Below are positions 40,064 through 54,765 of a stretch of 64,000 nt of DNA, piece by piece. The DNA is taken from positions 6,324,001-6,388,000 of the forward strand of contig NC_134035.1 in assembly GCF_964204645.1 (NCBI RefSeq). The letters are read 5' to 3'. How positions within the stretch are numbered: the stretch's first letter is position 1; the number at the start of each line of letters is the position of its first letter. Source of the stretch: Tubulanus polymorphus. Lineage: Eukaryota > Animalia > Nemertea. Below the pieces are notes generated by a model, which made no database searches, was not told where the DNA came from, and saw only the letters and a program-made list of their open reading frames with translations. The translations under genes were made by a program, and so were the position numbers.

Positions 40064-41590
40064 GCTGTGCAGGTCACATACACACCCGCAGTCCTGAATA
40101 GATCACGAATACTGATATAAACACATCAGAGGTGGATTAAACGAGCAGTGATCATCGGGGTTTAATTGTATATCCTAGTCACTCGTGATGTCCTGAAGAC
40201 TCTCGGGGGTGAGTTGCAACTGACAGTCGCTGTCTACGGATGCAACAAGCTGTGTATAGATTCAGTGAGTCTAAATTAGCCGCACGGCGCTTTGAAGAGG
40301 CGACGAACACGGCGAGTTAAATCTCAGTAGCGAGATGGAGAACCACTCCAACATTCTATTCGACTGATTAGTCGCCGGTCTTCGCGTGGCACTTGTCTAA
40401 ATCCCGCGAATAATCCCGAAACAGTGAAGGGCTATCTGGATCTCTCCGACTCTCCCCGACGGAATCGTTCAATAGCTGTTATTCGCGTTTTCGGAATTTT
40501 TCAAAAAGGCGATGACTGTTATCAGCATCGAGAACGAAGCGCAACAGATTTAAATCGGTTTTTACGTATTCGTATCATCACTTGTTCGTTCATTTTTCTA
40601 TTTTCCAAAGACTTTTAAAACTTCGAAAACTACATTTAAATCCCGAGCATCGATCTCCGCGGCCTTGGGGAACTTGAACAAGTCTCGTGCTTAAAATCGT
40701 AAAAATCGAATAAACAGTATTTGATAGTTTGTAACGAGAGGAGCTATTAGTCTGTTAATATCGAGAAACTGGTAAAGCTGGCTTAGAATGATTGTTTAAA
40801 CATCGTTAGCTGTCAATTTTCCATAAAAAAATCGGACAGATTTTCGAGGAGTCGTCGTATATTCACCTAAAACTCAGTCAGCAAGCACTGAATTACTGGG
40901 TTGGGGTTAAATTAGTAATTTTAACTAATGCCAGGCCTTCAATACCTTTGCTGCAGTATTGCTGATGCCATCATATTGCTGATTGCGTTCACGTGAAAGG
41001 TCATATTTACCATCACTGCACAGCGGCGCAATACCATACATCCTCCCTCTAGACTGACCAAAAAAAATACCGAAGGGTATTTTGACAGACTCCGTTGACG
41101 GTTCTATTTACTCGGCCAATATCCTTTCTTATCTGGGGAAATAGACAGAATCAACGGAAGCAAATAATCGAGCGTCATTCTCGAATTACTGAATGTTCAA
41201 CTTCCTGGCAGTACCGACCCGGTAGGCTCTGTGTCTACCACGACGCTGAGTGTGGCCGCAGTCACGTTCTATATACCGACTATCAGGAACACGAAAGTTT
41301 ACCAGGTCCTGGGTGAATTAAGCCACTAAGGCTGATTTTAGAGTGTATTTATGCACGATACGACGATTACAGTCGGTATCCGCCGCTTCAATGCCCATTC
41401 AATGGTTTTTTAACGAACACAATCGTCATTTGATCCTGTCTGTGAACTGTCGCCACTTCAACTTGGATGCAATGAAACACTCATGTATACAAGGACTGGT
41501 GATAATGTGGGCCTTATATTCGAGCATGTCATATGCCTTGTACGCATATACATCAAGTATTTCTAAGACTCGCACGCTCAGAGGAACATT

Positions 41591-41790
41591 CAGGCGCGGA
41601 TCTATGGGTTCTTTAAGGTCTTCTGGAAGACCCTCAAAATTTTTAAGTGCCCACAAAAAATTTTGCTCGCAAAACAATTTCATGACTCAAAATGCAGGAA
41701 ATGGCTTCAAGTGCTGGTATCTCAAAATTTTCAATGGGGGCCTCAGACCCCCCTAGAAGGGCTTCAAGCTTACCCCTAGATCCACCCCTG
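41591..41790. mobile_element. 200-bp non-autonomous DNA transposon, 14-bp TIR and 5-bp TSD (hAT-like)
   Basis: Ends are CAGGCGCGGATCTA and TAGATCCACCCCTG (12/14 match). ACATT flanks both sides (41586-41590 and 41791-41795). Confidence 0.82.
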
Positions 41791-43453
41791 ACATTTGATA
41801 GTATACGTATCTTTATTCAGAAAGCTATAATCAATCATCTTTATAACCAGAATAGTGAGGATTTTAACACATTTTCTTGGGTATTCTAACTAGCAAGAAA
41901 GGTCTGGTAGCGGTTTTCATCCTCTTTTCCTGGATTTTACAGCCAGTAAAACCTTTGAAATTTAATGGGACCTCATTGTGTTATAAGACCAGAGCCCTGA
42001 ATCCGCCCCTGTGAATAGCACTCAGGGTCTGTGGTCAAAAATAGAGCTGTGCTCAATTGATTTTATAGATCTCATCTCACGCTTGAGCGAATAATCGCAT
42101 TAGCATTTTTGGATCTCAGAAATACCTTATTGTTATCTCGGCTGCCGGACTGACGCCGAAATATTTTGGTCGCATTGTTCCCAATTAACCGGACGATAAA
42201 AAACCGGTAGCCGAGGGTATCGTTGACAATAACTTTTGAAGTGTCATTTCGCGACGTTTTCAGGGCACATTAAACACACGGAAAGCTTCAAATTAGGAAC
42301 AACTGTGCGTTGTTTCCGAGGAGTGATACGCGCTGTGAAGGTGGAAGGTGATATAGTCGAGGAATGAAATCGGGTGCATTGTACCAGAACTGATCACACG
42401 GGTGTTTAGTGAATGGAGTGGTTTGTGATGTATCGTCTTATAAAAATTTCACGTTTGTTTACCGATAGAATGGTACTATAGACTCGTTGAAGTGCTTAGA
42501 ACAGATTGAGAATTGAAGGATTTTCTTCATCCAGTAAACGTAGGCATTTATTTTATCGGCCTTTATTTCATGCATTCGACTTGAAGTAAATACATTGGAT
42601 TCCTATTTCTCACTGGTCCGTTCACCTCATTGATTATAAAAGATCATCTTGTTTTGTGTAAAAGGGTCAAATGGGTAAATAGTTATACCAACGCAGTGCA
42701 GTTCAAGTATTTGTCACTATCTTAAAAGTCACGTGTCTTCTTCAATATTCAAAAAAATGTTCTGATGATTCTTTTATGCATTAGGTGTAATTCCTGTTTT
42801 GGGAAGAATCGTTAACATTTTATAGTGGGTGTTTATATAGTGTGCTCATTCTTCTGACTAGATCTAAAAAAGCCAAAATCAGTTCTAATCTAAAAAAAGG
42901 CAAAATCTATTTTCGTAAAACGAGGTTTCTGCCTACGCATAATGCATCCAACGAGATTACCATAAAAAGAAGATTGTAAAAGACTTTAGGATATAGGATG
43001 TTTAATGAGAATCCCGACTCCTCGAGCATTACATGCGTTAATTAGATTCGTACGGTGATGCAACACAATTATTGAAGTTATCTCGTGCGAATGTAACGCG
43101 CCATAATATTTCAAGGTTGACTAGCGCGACAACGAGAATCTTAAGGTAATACGAGTAACGCCACAGTCTTATACCAGGTATAGTCTCAACGACATGAGAG
43201 CTGTATAAGATTTCACTCTAGTCTGCGGCATAATATGTACGTATCTAATGTAGTACCCCGGGTATCATCCCCTGGTGGGTAGCTAGAACACTGTTCTGGT
43301 GAATTTGTAGACAGCACAAATTGTTTATCTCAAGATAAACTGCCACGTAGATTAGACTGCTCTCTATTTTAGACTTATCTTTAAATTAGACTGACATAAG
43401 TTGGTGTTGAATGAAAAAATCGAATCGTACAAATTCACGGTTTTTACTTGTAA

Positions 43454-43758
43454 CAGGCCCGTAGCGTCGGGTGCGCAATTTTACCAATGGAGACAATTTT
43501 ACCTAACTGGTTGATCTATTTGCTACTCTGCACCCGATATGTATGCAACTGCAAAGTGTCTTATTGTAAAATAATGATATGTAATTTTCATATTTTATAT
43601 TCAGTGTTTTGATGTTTCCTGATCAGAGTATCAGATATTGAAACCAAATGAGAGCTGACCTCGCATCAAAGCTTTGAGCCTTCGTCGCGTGGCTTTACTG
43701 ACGTGGTTTACTTGTAGTTTATATCGCACCCCCTTGGAGGGCCCTGGCTACGGGCCTG
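43454..43758. mobile_element. 305-bp non-autonomous DNA transposon, perfect 12-bp TIR and 5-bp TSD (hAT-like)
   Basis: Ends are CAGGCCCGTAGC and GCTACGGGCCTG. TGTAA flanks both sides (43449-43453 and 43759-43763). Confidence 0.85.
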
Positions 43759-45844
43759 TGTAAAAAGTCCGCTTTTGGGAGCTGCCATGGTTGTTTTGAA
43801 TGAATAACTGTGACATCTATCGGATGTTAGGCGAACGAAATACAGAAATACGCCTTTCTTCTGATCGGATGTATTTCTGATTTCTAAAAAATCTGCACGA
43901 GCCATACTCCTGTCTCAGCGCGATGAAACCTTGACCTTTTAGTCACGTACCCGGTCGGTGTTCGATTCTCGGAGGGTTTGTGCGAACAAGGTGCGACTTG
44001 TTTGAGATCTCAGAATCCAATAATTATCCGTACAAACCGACGCTAGGTACATCTTTGCGTGTTTTCTTCCTCGGAAACGAGCACGAAAGCGCCAACACAT
44101 TCTTCTTTCCCCTAGAAAAAAATTTTCCGCATGTCTCCTGAAACAAACGCTCAATATCCGTGTCACTCGTTACGATCGTTGGTTGGTCCGCTATATCTTA
44201 ATGGAATCGTGTATCAATTTAAGCGGTTCTCGTGTCGATCCGGTGTCGAGGGAATCGCACCCGTCTCGGGGTCGTGTTTCAGGCGGACGCAGTTCGTTGT
44301 TATTTCACGATTGAATTCAGATTTCGCACAATATAATTTCAGCGCCGAAGATTTCAATTACTTTCACAGTCTTTCGAATTTAAATCAGACGACGATTTTG
44401 CATTGATGAAAACAAGGTGTGCTCGCTTGAATACTGATATAAACCGGAGTGAGGATAGGAGAGGTAGAGTTCATACATATACATATATTAGCTTTTCTCG
44501 AGGAGAAAAGCCCCGGTGGAGAGGAGGGAGCCATTCTGAGATGGTTCAACAATCTTTGTCTGCATGACATTTTGACTTTGGCCTTTGACAACTGACCGTG
44601 TAATCACGATGAAAGTTTAATGACTTCGAACAGCGCCGAGGCATCGTTCACGAGACTCGAACAATTCATCTTGCTTATCTGTCATTGCGCTAGATTTGTT
44701 GCCGAGTTCTCCTAGATGTCATTTCTAATCAGACTTGTCGCAAGTCTAGGCCCGGCGATGACTCGGTCGGCGTCTCGCGGTACCATTTAGAAAACGCCGG
44801 TAATAATACAACAAAAGACAAATTAAAACCGGCCGATATTGCGCCTGAGATCAGTGACTGATATTACACAGACGCGGGACAAATTATACGACATATACAT
44901 CAATCACATTATTATTAATCGTGCTCGAATTTGACTTCATCCGCGGCACAATACGCAGTGACTAATATAAATAGGTCGGATTGTGCGACCACCGGAAAAA
45001 TACATTGCTTCAATATCTGTGGTCAGTTACACATTCACATGGTTATACGCGGGGTTACATTAATAAAATAACGACCATTTCAATTGGTAGATTACTATCA
45101 GTAGACTTCTCTTATTAAGTCGAATCCTCGCGTAACACTATTCCCAATTGATATGAATTACGAGCAGTGTCAATTGATTCGAGTTTGGAGCGTATAAAAT
45201 ATATCGGCGACTTAGGTCTAGTTTAGACCAAACTTTTAAGTATGAAATAAAACAAAAGTGTTCGCTTCCAGTCTTACATGCATGAATCGGTTTCTTTAAT
45301 ATAAATCTAATTTTGTGTCCCTGGAACTTGATGAGATAGGGAACGATACAGTAGATCATTGTATAGACTAACTGTATACGGTCGGGCGTCTTTGTGGCTG
45401 ATTGAGTTGACATTGATTACAGACGAGTTTCTAATGAACCTGACTCTACGTCGGATCGGTGCGCGCCAATCGGTAAATCAGCTCCGGGTCAAACGATGAT
45501 GGCTGTAGATTGTTTTTGCTCGATTCGATTTACTTCCTGCGAGTCGGGGTCCGCCTATCATCGGTTCAGCTGACTCAGAAAATAGAAATGAACGCATTAG
45601 ATTAAGCTAACAAATACCGGTAATTCGAGATAAAACGATCAACTTTACAATTACGGACGATCAGGCGATTGTTTTCTGGGTCGTGACATGCGTTGTGTCG
45701 TCATCGACGTTTCGTTTGTCAATTCGCTGTGATTGTCATAAAACGCGGATTGTACGAGACGAAACGACGACGGGTATAATGAGCGAGCGCACTTGAATCG
45801 GACTGTCTCCGATACGCATCGAATAACAAACAATCCGCTCAATG

Positions 45845-45870
45845 GATGATGGTGATGATGATGATGATGG
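45845..45870. repeat. (GAT)n microsatellite
   Basis: gatgatggtgatgatgatgatgatgg. This explains the poly-His in ORF 45651-45899. Confidence 0.9.
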
Positions 45871-48800
45871 TTCAGTTGATGTTTAACATTTGGGTCCAAT
45901 TGCCAAGCTTAACTGTGACGAATTCAATTGGGGCAAACTCATATTGTCATCACGAATCATCGTGATCATTCCTACGGTTCAAATTAGGATACTACGAATC
46001 ATCGTGACGACATTTCATTTTGCCTTCCGAATTTCTTGAATAAATCCTGAAATACCCCACGAAATAAATGAATACTATTGGACCCGTAATCAATATGTGA
46101 TGCAAAGTGTAGATTCAATGTTTGAGTAAATCGGGCAATTTTGAATGTATCAATGAGCAAGCTGGAAAGCGTAGTAATATGGAAATAAAAGAAGTTCAAT
46201 GGAACTATAGATCCTCGATAACTGACGTATTCTACAGCTGACGATAAGCGACACCCTTCATACGAGGGTTTATTGATGCTTCGGGTAGTATCTTCGTTCT
46301 AGGATCCAAAACGGTGTGAATATAAAACTCGGACCGCTGGCGCCCGTCAACGCTTAAGATTTTCGATCAATAATCTGAGACCATCTTTGTTAATTCTCAG
46401 GCAATCTCTTCACTAGATATCAGTGACGACTGCGCAACTGGTCACTTATGATATGAAACGTCCGGAGCCGCTCAATGATGTCTCAAAACGTGTACGAGAC
46501 ATTTTGCATTTGGCACGCTGTATAGCTCACCATCCGTGGAAAATTTTTCCATATTTTTAACCAGCGCACTCATCAGCGTCATGACTCAAACCTGAAAACA
46601 ATACGTGTTGTAATATGATACCAATAAGGTACGGGGGCTGCCGTGGATAAAACGCGCACCCGTCGTCGCGGTCTCGTTGTTATGAAAATGAGCAATCCGG
46701 ATCAGTCCGGAAACAGAACGCTTCCGAAAATCAATGGGGAAACTCTTTTCTCTAGCAGCGTCGACGTTTGTTTAGTGATTGTTACGGAAAAATATTTAAT
46801 GAAACATTAATCGAAATGCGATCGGTCGGTCGTCGAGTTCATAAGAATACTGATAGCTGATTTTATACTATACGCTATGATTGTCTATTGTTACATTGTG
46901 TAATCCACGCTCAGTTAAACCGTTAAATTGGAAATGGCTGCTTCTGTTGTGAGTCATTTTTGTCAAATTTCAGTTTGGGATATTCTAGCCTCCGCCTCTC
47001 CGGTACGGTATCTCCTTCCATTGACAGTCAGCAGGTATTCCATCACATTTTGTCGGTAATTATGGTTATCCGGTGTTTGAAAGTTTGTATTGTGACACTC
47101 TCTCCCCATTACATCGTACGAGTCTAGAAAATTCAACGTTAACCACCGTAGTATGAAAATAATGTTCAATGCAACGATTCCACGTGAAGATGAATCGATG
47201 CTCACATTTACACCCGAGATATCATTGTGCTGATGAAAAAATTCGACAAATGATAGATTCTTTATTTCTTGTTGTTTGCTGATGGATCTTAACAAATGTA
47301 TTTGTAGACATTGATTTTCTTTCATTCAGTATTGATTCAAGCCTACTGTATGCGAGTGAGATTTCACCAATGCATCAAGTCCGTACGTGTTTCTTTAGAA
47401 TTAAGCTATTAATTCTTTAGAATTAATTATTTTTTTAATGCCTCCATCAAAAAAGCAGTGACAAGCAGTTATGCATTATTAAGCACATATATATATATAT
47501 GTTAAAATGATTCTCGAATAAATTTTAACCGTGCTGAAAAAATGTGCTGCATTTGAATGCATATTGGCCGCATTTGAAAGTGACTTTTCGTCACTCTTGT
47601 CAAATTCATTCTAATTTAAAGGAAATGTTCTGTTTCAATCACTTCACTATCGCAATAATAATCATATATCATATAAGTGATAGTCATATATGCCTATATT
47701 TTCACAGCCCATAGAAAATGGGATATCTGCTCATAGGAAACCATATAAAGAATGGTTAGATTATTGTTGTTCGTATAAATGGAAAACTTGAGTCAGAAAA
47801 TCGAGTTTGGTATAAGTCGATTATAACCTGTACGAAGCACAGGATGTTGTGTTGTACAGTTTGTTTGCAAACGTTTCTACAAAACGTGACGAATATAATA
47901 GAAAAACACTCAGTAACTCAAATCAAAACTGCGACACTCACACTGCCTTTTGTAAAACGGTAAATGGGCCGATCTAGGCGTCGGCCTTTACAGCGCGGCT
48001 GCGCGGCTGTAAATCAATGATTTCAGAATGATTGACTGCTATCGTAAAAACAATAGAATCGAGCAGATCGATCCGATGGGGCTCGGTCTGATGTCATAAT
48101 GAAAGACAAACACTGGCAAACAATTGCTATTTAAATTGCGTTGTTATCCACTAGTACTGACTGTCACGTTCAGATTAACTGAATTAACTGATGACTAGTG
48201 CTTCATCAAATGCGAACTGTTTGGGTGTGTGTGAATGAAATAAAGTATACCAGCGCTACTTTTACCGGCGAAGACTTCATTATAAGGGTCATGATTGGTC
48301 ACACGACTGAAGTTTGGGTATCGTGCTTGACATGGTCAGTTGTTCTCATACAGTAAGTTTTAGTAACCAGTCGATAACTAACACAAATAAAACTGTATGG
48401 TCATATTGGTCTGGGAACAGATGTTGAAATGTTGGGCAAGTTTACTCAGAGCAACTTGCCCATGCACATAGCTCTTGCCTTCCCAGTGCCCTTCCATTGC
48501 CAGTACCCTATGCAATATTTAAAAAAAACTAATTCATCTCTAAAGCTTGCATTTTTACCGTGACAAAAATTGTCGTGACCCTCAAAAATGTTCTCCAAAA
48601 CTTTCTACTCAATAAAGTGTTTTGTGCAAAATGATCTTCGGAAAAGATTCTTAGTCGCGATGAATATTTGAATGATTGATGATAAGCGCACGCGAGGTTT
48701 TTTCCTAAAATCTGTGACGATCGGAACTCCGTGTGGTGATCATCAGATCTCAGCTCACGGTAACGATTCCGACCAAAGTCAAACAGTAAGACAAGGTGAC

Positions 48801-51800
48801 TAACCACTGTGTAAACTGACTGTAAACGTAGTTAACAGATAGAGAACCATGTAAGGAATATATTAACTGAATTAGAAGATAGCACCGCCGTCCTATTACA
48901 TTACTCATTAATGTTACTTGCTCGTCTTTGTCTAAAGCTTCGACTTGAGTTTCGTCGCCTACTGATAGGAAATAATGTTCTTCACATTGCTGAAAATCCA
49001 CTTCAACTTTAGTTTAAAGCGGTCTGGACCATTACCGGTTTATTGGTATTCTAATCCGAGTTAAGGCTTCATCCTCCACTCAAGCCATCAGTAAGGGTTA
49101 TGTAAACAGCGCCCCGAAGATACAGAATCGAGAACTTTACTACGATTTGAGGCGTTAAAATTGTAGAATGGTTTGGCAATTGTATATATCCGGTTGATAA
49201 AATGACGAAATCATGCGCCCAAATGTCAGTTGATAGCGCTACATTCATGTAAATGCCGGAAATGATCATGATGTTAGTATACGATTCAATTTAATATCCT
49301 ATGTTTTCATTTTTGTTTGTTTTGACGTTTTGGCTTGAAGTTTGTGCTGCGATGTTGTCTATCTGGGAAACCAAAGAAAAAAGAAATCACTTATCTTGTG
49401 ATACGTGGAACAAAACATATAGTCTTTTTTCAATGGGTTTGTAGCCAATTAGGTAAATGCCACGACACATTGTGGTCTCGATTTTTGAATTTCTTGAACT
49501 CTAGTCAAGTGTGCGTGTTTTACAAATGATGGCGTGTTACAATAACTCAAACTTTCATCTTTAAATTACTTCTGCCCATGTCACTGTGCTCCCCCATGGA
49601 GGGGCTAGGGATGGCAGAATCGACTGTCACCTATGTGGATACAAGGATTAGGGTAAACATTGAGTAAACATTGTGGGTCACAGGTAACCACACTAAGAAG
49701 GAAGAAGTACTGCTGAAATCTTACAATACGATGCAGTACCCGTCCGTCGTCACTGAGGTCATGTCAACAACGACCAGGCTCTCGATGACATGACAACAGG
49801 GTGAACGCCAGCTGCACCATCTGCACTGCAATAATGTATTTAGTCATGACATCATCGCGCGGGTAATACAGTTACTGCACGGTGGAGACACCAGAGAAAT
49901 GACAGATGCATTACATCGATGTCCTAATAGCTGATACTGGTAGATCGGGCAGTATAATAATCGGAGCCCAAACTGCGTACGCGCATAAGCGTTTCGGGTT
50001 GTTAAGAGAAGTCCCTTAACTGTGATATTTGGCTCTTACATTACACGTATTTATACCGAGACTTTCATACTCTACGCGAAGTCATGGGCGAAGACACTTG
50101 TCAAAAGTAAAACTAATCACGCGGCAAATGGTGCATAAAACGGCCAGTAAAAGGTAAATCCAATTTCACGCACCGCCAGACCCGTCTATAACCGACAAGA
50201 CACTGTGACGGTCGCCTGGGGAGAAGAAAGATGAAAACAGGCGACGAAAAGGGAGCAAAGAGGTTTAGAGTTTTTGATTAGATTGATCACGTAACCTTGC
50301 AAGTGTTCGTTCCGCTTCATCGATGTGCCTCTTCTCAATACCGATAGGTGGTGCTGCTCAAAACCACAAGGTGTCACTCCTTAATACCACTCATCAATGC
50401 TGCTAGGCAGTGCTCGTTAATGGCTCTAATTATCTCAGTACTGTTAGACAAGGACATTGTGGCATCATCTTACAGTAGAAATACAATTTTTAGAGTTTTC
50501 CAAAAATGCGCCTCAGTTTCGCAGAGCCCTTTTCAGATTCTTTTCGACAACATTGGATCCCCTTTTTTATATAAATGGACACCAAGAATTGAGAGGTTCT
50601 TACACAATTAGATCCGCTTGAGATTTCAAACGTATAATCATTATATACACACAGAAGTGTGTGTTTGAGGTCATCAATGACTGTATATCACTCGATATTG
50701 TGGGTATAAAGCCGTATAATGTAATTAGTAAATGTCATCATTGCCCTATTTTCAGTCTCACAACGCGTTTCATGGTCGCATAGACACAGCACGGTACCAC
50801 TAACACTTCAACGCTGTGCACTGTTGTTATCGCATCTACTTTGATGCGCTTTTTGCTATAATCTAATGAACTCGCACAGAAAGATGATATCGTTATTGAA
50901 ATAGTCTCTAAGAATCACCGAAAGAAATTAAAAGAGAGACATTCGCTGTCGTTCCCGTTGACAGCTGCTACCCTCTTGTGCAGGTTTCGGGATATATTTA
51001 AAAAAGAACCATCCGAAATTTATCCATTCATCAATAAAAATGATTAGATATGATAAAAAACACATGTTGCCTAGCTAACGCAGGTTTAGCTCTGGTATGT
51101 ACTGAGGCTCATGAGTAGTTAAATCCTTAGGCAATCTAGGGTTCATTGGTTTGCATCTTGGTTGTAACAGTCACAATCATCGTGAGATTTCAGAACAGAA
51201 TTAAAATGGTGTCTTGGTACACGACTGAATAACCATTATTTTTGACTGAATAAAATTCAATTGAATTGGTGTCCTGTTAAACCGTCATGATAACCGTCAT
51301 TATCAAATCAAATTGAAATGAATTGACTATCAAATTGAATCGAAATGACAATAGATTTGATCGGCGAGTACGGATAATTATGTGTCACTGTTACTATACA
51401 ATCAATTGGCAAGTATGATTACAACTTATGCAATCGTTAATTTTCGTTTTTTTTTTATATTGGTGTTCAGGTCTTGGGAGGAAATAATGTTGTTATTGCG
51501 ACACACGTTATCAAAACATATGACTAATTAGCATATTAGAGGATACCACGAGAAAGGCGTCATCACCTTAGGCCAATGAGAACAATATTGGTATTTTCAG
51601 ATGGAAAAAATTTTCGCGAAAGAATACCGAACTATGATACGTATGTGGAACGGAATTCGAATCGATGCAACGAGATGGAGTCAATGATAACAATGAGTAG
51701 ATTCAATTCTGATACAAATGTTCGTAGCTAAAATCTTTCGTCAGTCGTGGGCATCGTTTAAGACTAAAAGGTGTTTACATTGGGTTTCGCTGTATGCTTC

Positions 51801-53945
51801 TCTAAATCATCGATTGCATTCATATTGTTTATTCTATGATTACCGTCCTTAAGCGATACGTGGTTTTTCAAATCGCCGAATAAAACCAACATAAAAAGGA
51901 AAGAAGCAGAGAATGAGCGGAGAGTGATACTGCGGGATAATGATGAATTGCTCGGTGAAGCGTGGTACTGGAGATATAGTATTAATAAAACCCGACATGA
52001 GATGCCCGCATCATATATCTCTACGCCGTCATATCACTATAAACATTAAGACAGTTTACAGTCGTCGAGCGGCGACCGGCATAAAATAATAAATCGTTGA
52101 TTAATATCGTTGCCGCAGACGACGATAATTGCTCCTTAATAGGATTAGTTCAGTGATGCGTAAAGTCAACATCCCGCGCTACTTTTTCCAACGCACCGCC
52201 ATCAAACATCGACGCACAGTAATTAATTACTAATGCGTGCGCTCCACTTTCAAACATTCTCTATGCGCTTTCAGTCTCGAGTCCTGATCCTTTAGGTTTT
52301 AAATTTTTCAACGTATCACTGTTGCCTTGAACTTTGCCGAGAAAGCACGCGCGTACACCCATACCAGGACAAGAAGTAGAATAATGTCCGAAAAGATAAA
52401 ACATTTTAGATACAGAATAGCGAAACCATACATATAGCGAAATGATATTGAGAGATTCTTTTTAAAGTCTTTTTTTTCAATCTGATAATATAAATAGTTT
52501 GATTCGCATCAGCATTTAGCATTTTGAAAATTACATGGGGCTTTGACATCACAGTGTATACATAACGTTTTGTGGAATTGCATTTTGATAACACCGTAGA
52601 ATACTGTATGATACTATACGCCGCAATTTCCATTTGAAATTTTGAATTGACTGAGTAAAATGGAATATAGATAATTGTCAGGATCCATGTTTACTGATGA
52701 TGATAAAAATAATTTGTATTATACAAAGCAGCCGCGACGAAAGATTCATCGCGTTCGAGACAGATGATTTCTCGAGTCAACAGTGATGGATGTTGGCTTT
52801 TTAAATTTCTCCAAGGGAGAGAGAGAGCTCGAGATAATAAAACTGCAATTTCGCCGGGCGTTTTTGAAAATTCACCTGAGTCACTTTTTGACGAGATGAA
52901 CACTGCGTACAGCACAACACAACTCAGCGGCGGCGCGGCGCAGATATTTTAATGGCACTAATTGAGAAGACGGGAATATCAGTTCTATTACGACCAATTT
53001 GCGGCGACGTTCGGTGCCGTATTTCATATGACTAAGAAATCTAAGCGTGAAACACTTTTCATAACGTTGTAGAAGTGTCAAACGTAACGGCTGAATGTGT
53101 GGAGAATTTATGACACTCATCGAAATTTCTTCCATTCATTGAATCAGAGTGAGCCTGAGACCAGTCTGAGCATATTTTTTGCTCCATGGCATTTTTCAAA
53201 TTCGAAATCGTTATGATTTCAGATATCATTACTGCAGTTCAACTGTGGGGGGAATGACCTAACGAAAAGTAAAACTGTGCAACTAGACCCCGAGTTGTTT
53301 GCATCAGTATAAATCTGATTGAGCATATTGTTAAATTTACCAAATTGTCTTATATCCTTAAGGAATATGTGTTCCTAGTCCAAATTTAACTGATATAAGC
53401 ACCGGCCATTTAGACCAGAATCTGATACGATAAGTTATTGGTAGCTTGTCTCTGGCTGACGTCCCATTGAGAACGGTGATGTTTTTTTTTGTTTGAGATG
53501 CCAGCGTTAATAATTTCTTGTGCAACAACTTGTATTGCTACAGCCGATACAGATGCTGTGATGCTGAATGCAACAACCGAAACGCGTTTTGCATTTCCGT
53601 TTATATCAGGCTTTCCGCATGCATCATTGTGATGCTGGTAAGTTCGCTTCGCTGCAGCTGACACATCGGTTATTGAGACACTGTCTTCGGCGATGATAAA
53701 TGACGTCGTTAGTTTATAAAGAACCTTTCAAAACCTTGTAAATAAAATATTCTATTTTGTCCTGTTCGCCGAGAGTAAACACAATTTAAGCACGTTGCAT
53801 ATGTACATTCATCAGTCGAATTTCTATCTAAATCGAACTCGGTTGGTGCCCGATTGAGTCGGTGAAATACGAGGAGAGGTTCCTGTTATAGAAATTACAA
53901 CCTGCTAACCATTGATGAAACACTCTTGTTTTAATATTAAAGGTG

Positions 53946-54134
53946 ATACAAAATCTCACACCGAGAATAGGAAACTGTTTCTATAGTTATTAATCCATTC
54001 GCCGTTTTGACTATATCCTAGAGCCATCTCAAAGGGTTACTGAAGATGGCTTTTGGGAATGATAGTCAAAACGTCGAATAAATTTTTGGCCTAAATGAAA
54101 AATTCTTATTCTATTCTTGATGTAAGATTTTATA
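53946..54134. mobile_element. Palindromic Penelope-like (PLE) terminal-repeat relic with degenerate hammerhead-like core
   Basis: An imperfect palindrome of about 190 bp. The outer arms are ATACAAAATCTCACACCGAGAATAG and CTATTCTTGATGTAAGATTTTATAT. The inner arms are TTCGCCGTTTTGACTAT..AGCCATCT and CTGAAGATGGCT..ATAGTCAAAACGTCGAA. Confidence 0.55.
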
Positions 54135-54765
54135 TTTTATTATCAACGGTTAGGTGGTTAAATTGAAAAGCTAAGAAAATATTTCGAATTTCGAGTTTCT
54201 AGTATCCTTAATTGTATATGGTTCACTGACGGCTCTGATTCTGTAACGCGGTGGCGAGGCCTTTATCTCTCTCCTAGCTCTCATATTCAGCTACAGAATA
54301 ATGCATTCTATACGCGTATAAGTACTGACCCTTCTGTATTAATATGTATGTAATAATCTTTGCTTATTGCTCTTATAGAGATACTTTTATAGAAGCAAAC
54401 CGAACACAGTCTGGCGCATTATATTGTCTCTCACTAATGTATGTGATGCCGATGTGAATACTTATCAGACGACATTTGATCTACATTGTGTTTCTATGTT
54501 TAGGGGTCATTTTTATTTATCGAGAATTCGCACTTAGCTTTGATTACTTTATTTATATACATAAAATTGGCAACGTTACTGTGGCAATCGAGGACTCATC
54601 AATGTTCCGCCAGATCGCTAGCAGTAAGTTACTTGGTTATCCATTTTCGGTTGTTCGAATTTCGTATAAAGTAAACCAATCACCGACAAGTCAATGTTAT
54701 AGGCATAATCTATTTGGTTCCTGGATCCGTTATTGAACCAAGGCAAAATCAACTTCGCTAAACCG

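Noticed and set aside
45651-45899. ORF with poly-His resembling a transcription factor N-terminus
   Set aside because: The poly-His comes from the (GAT)n repeat and the rest is not recognisable.
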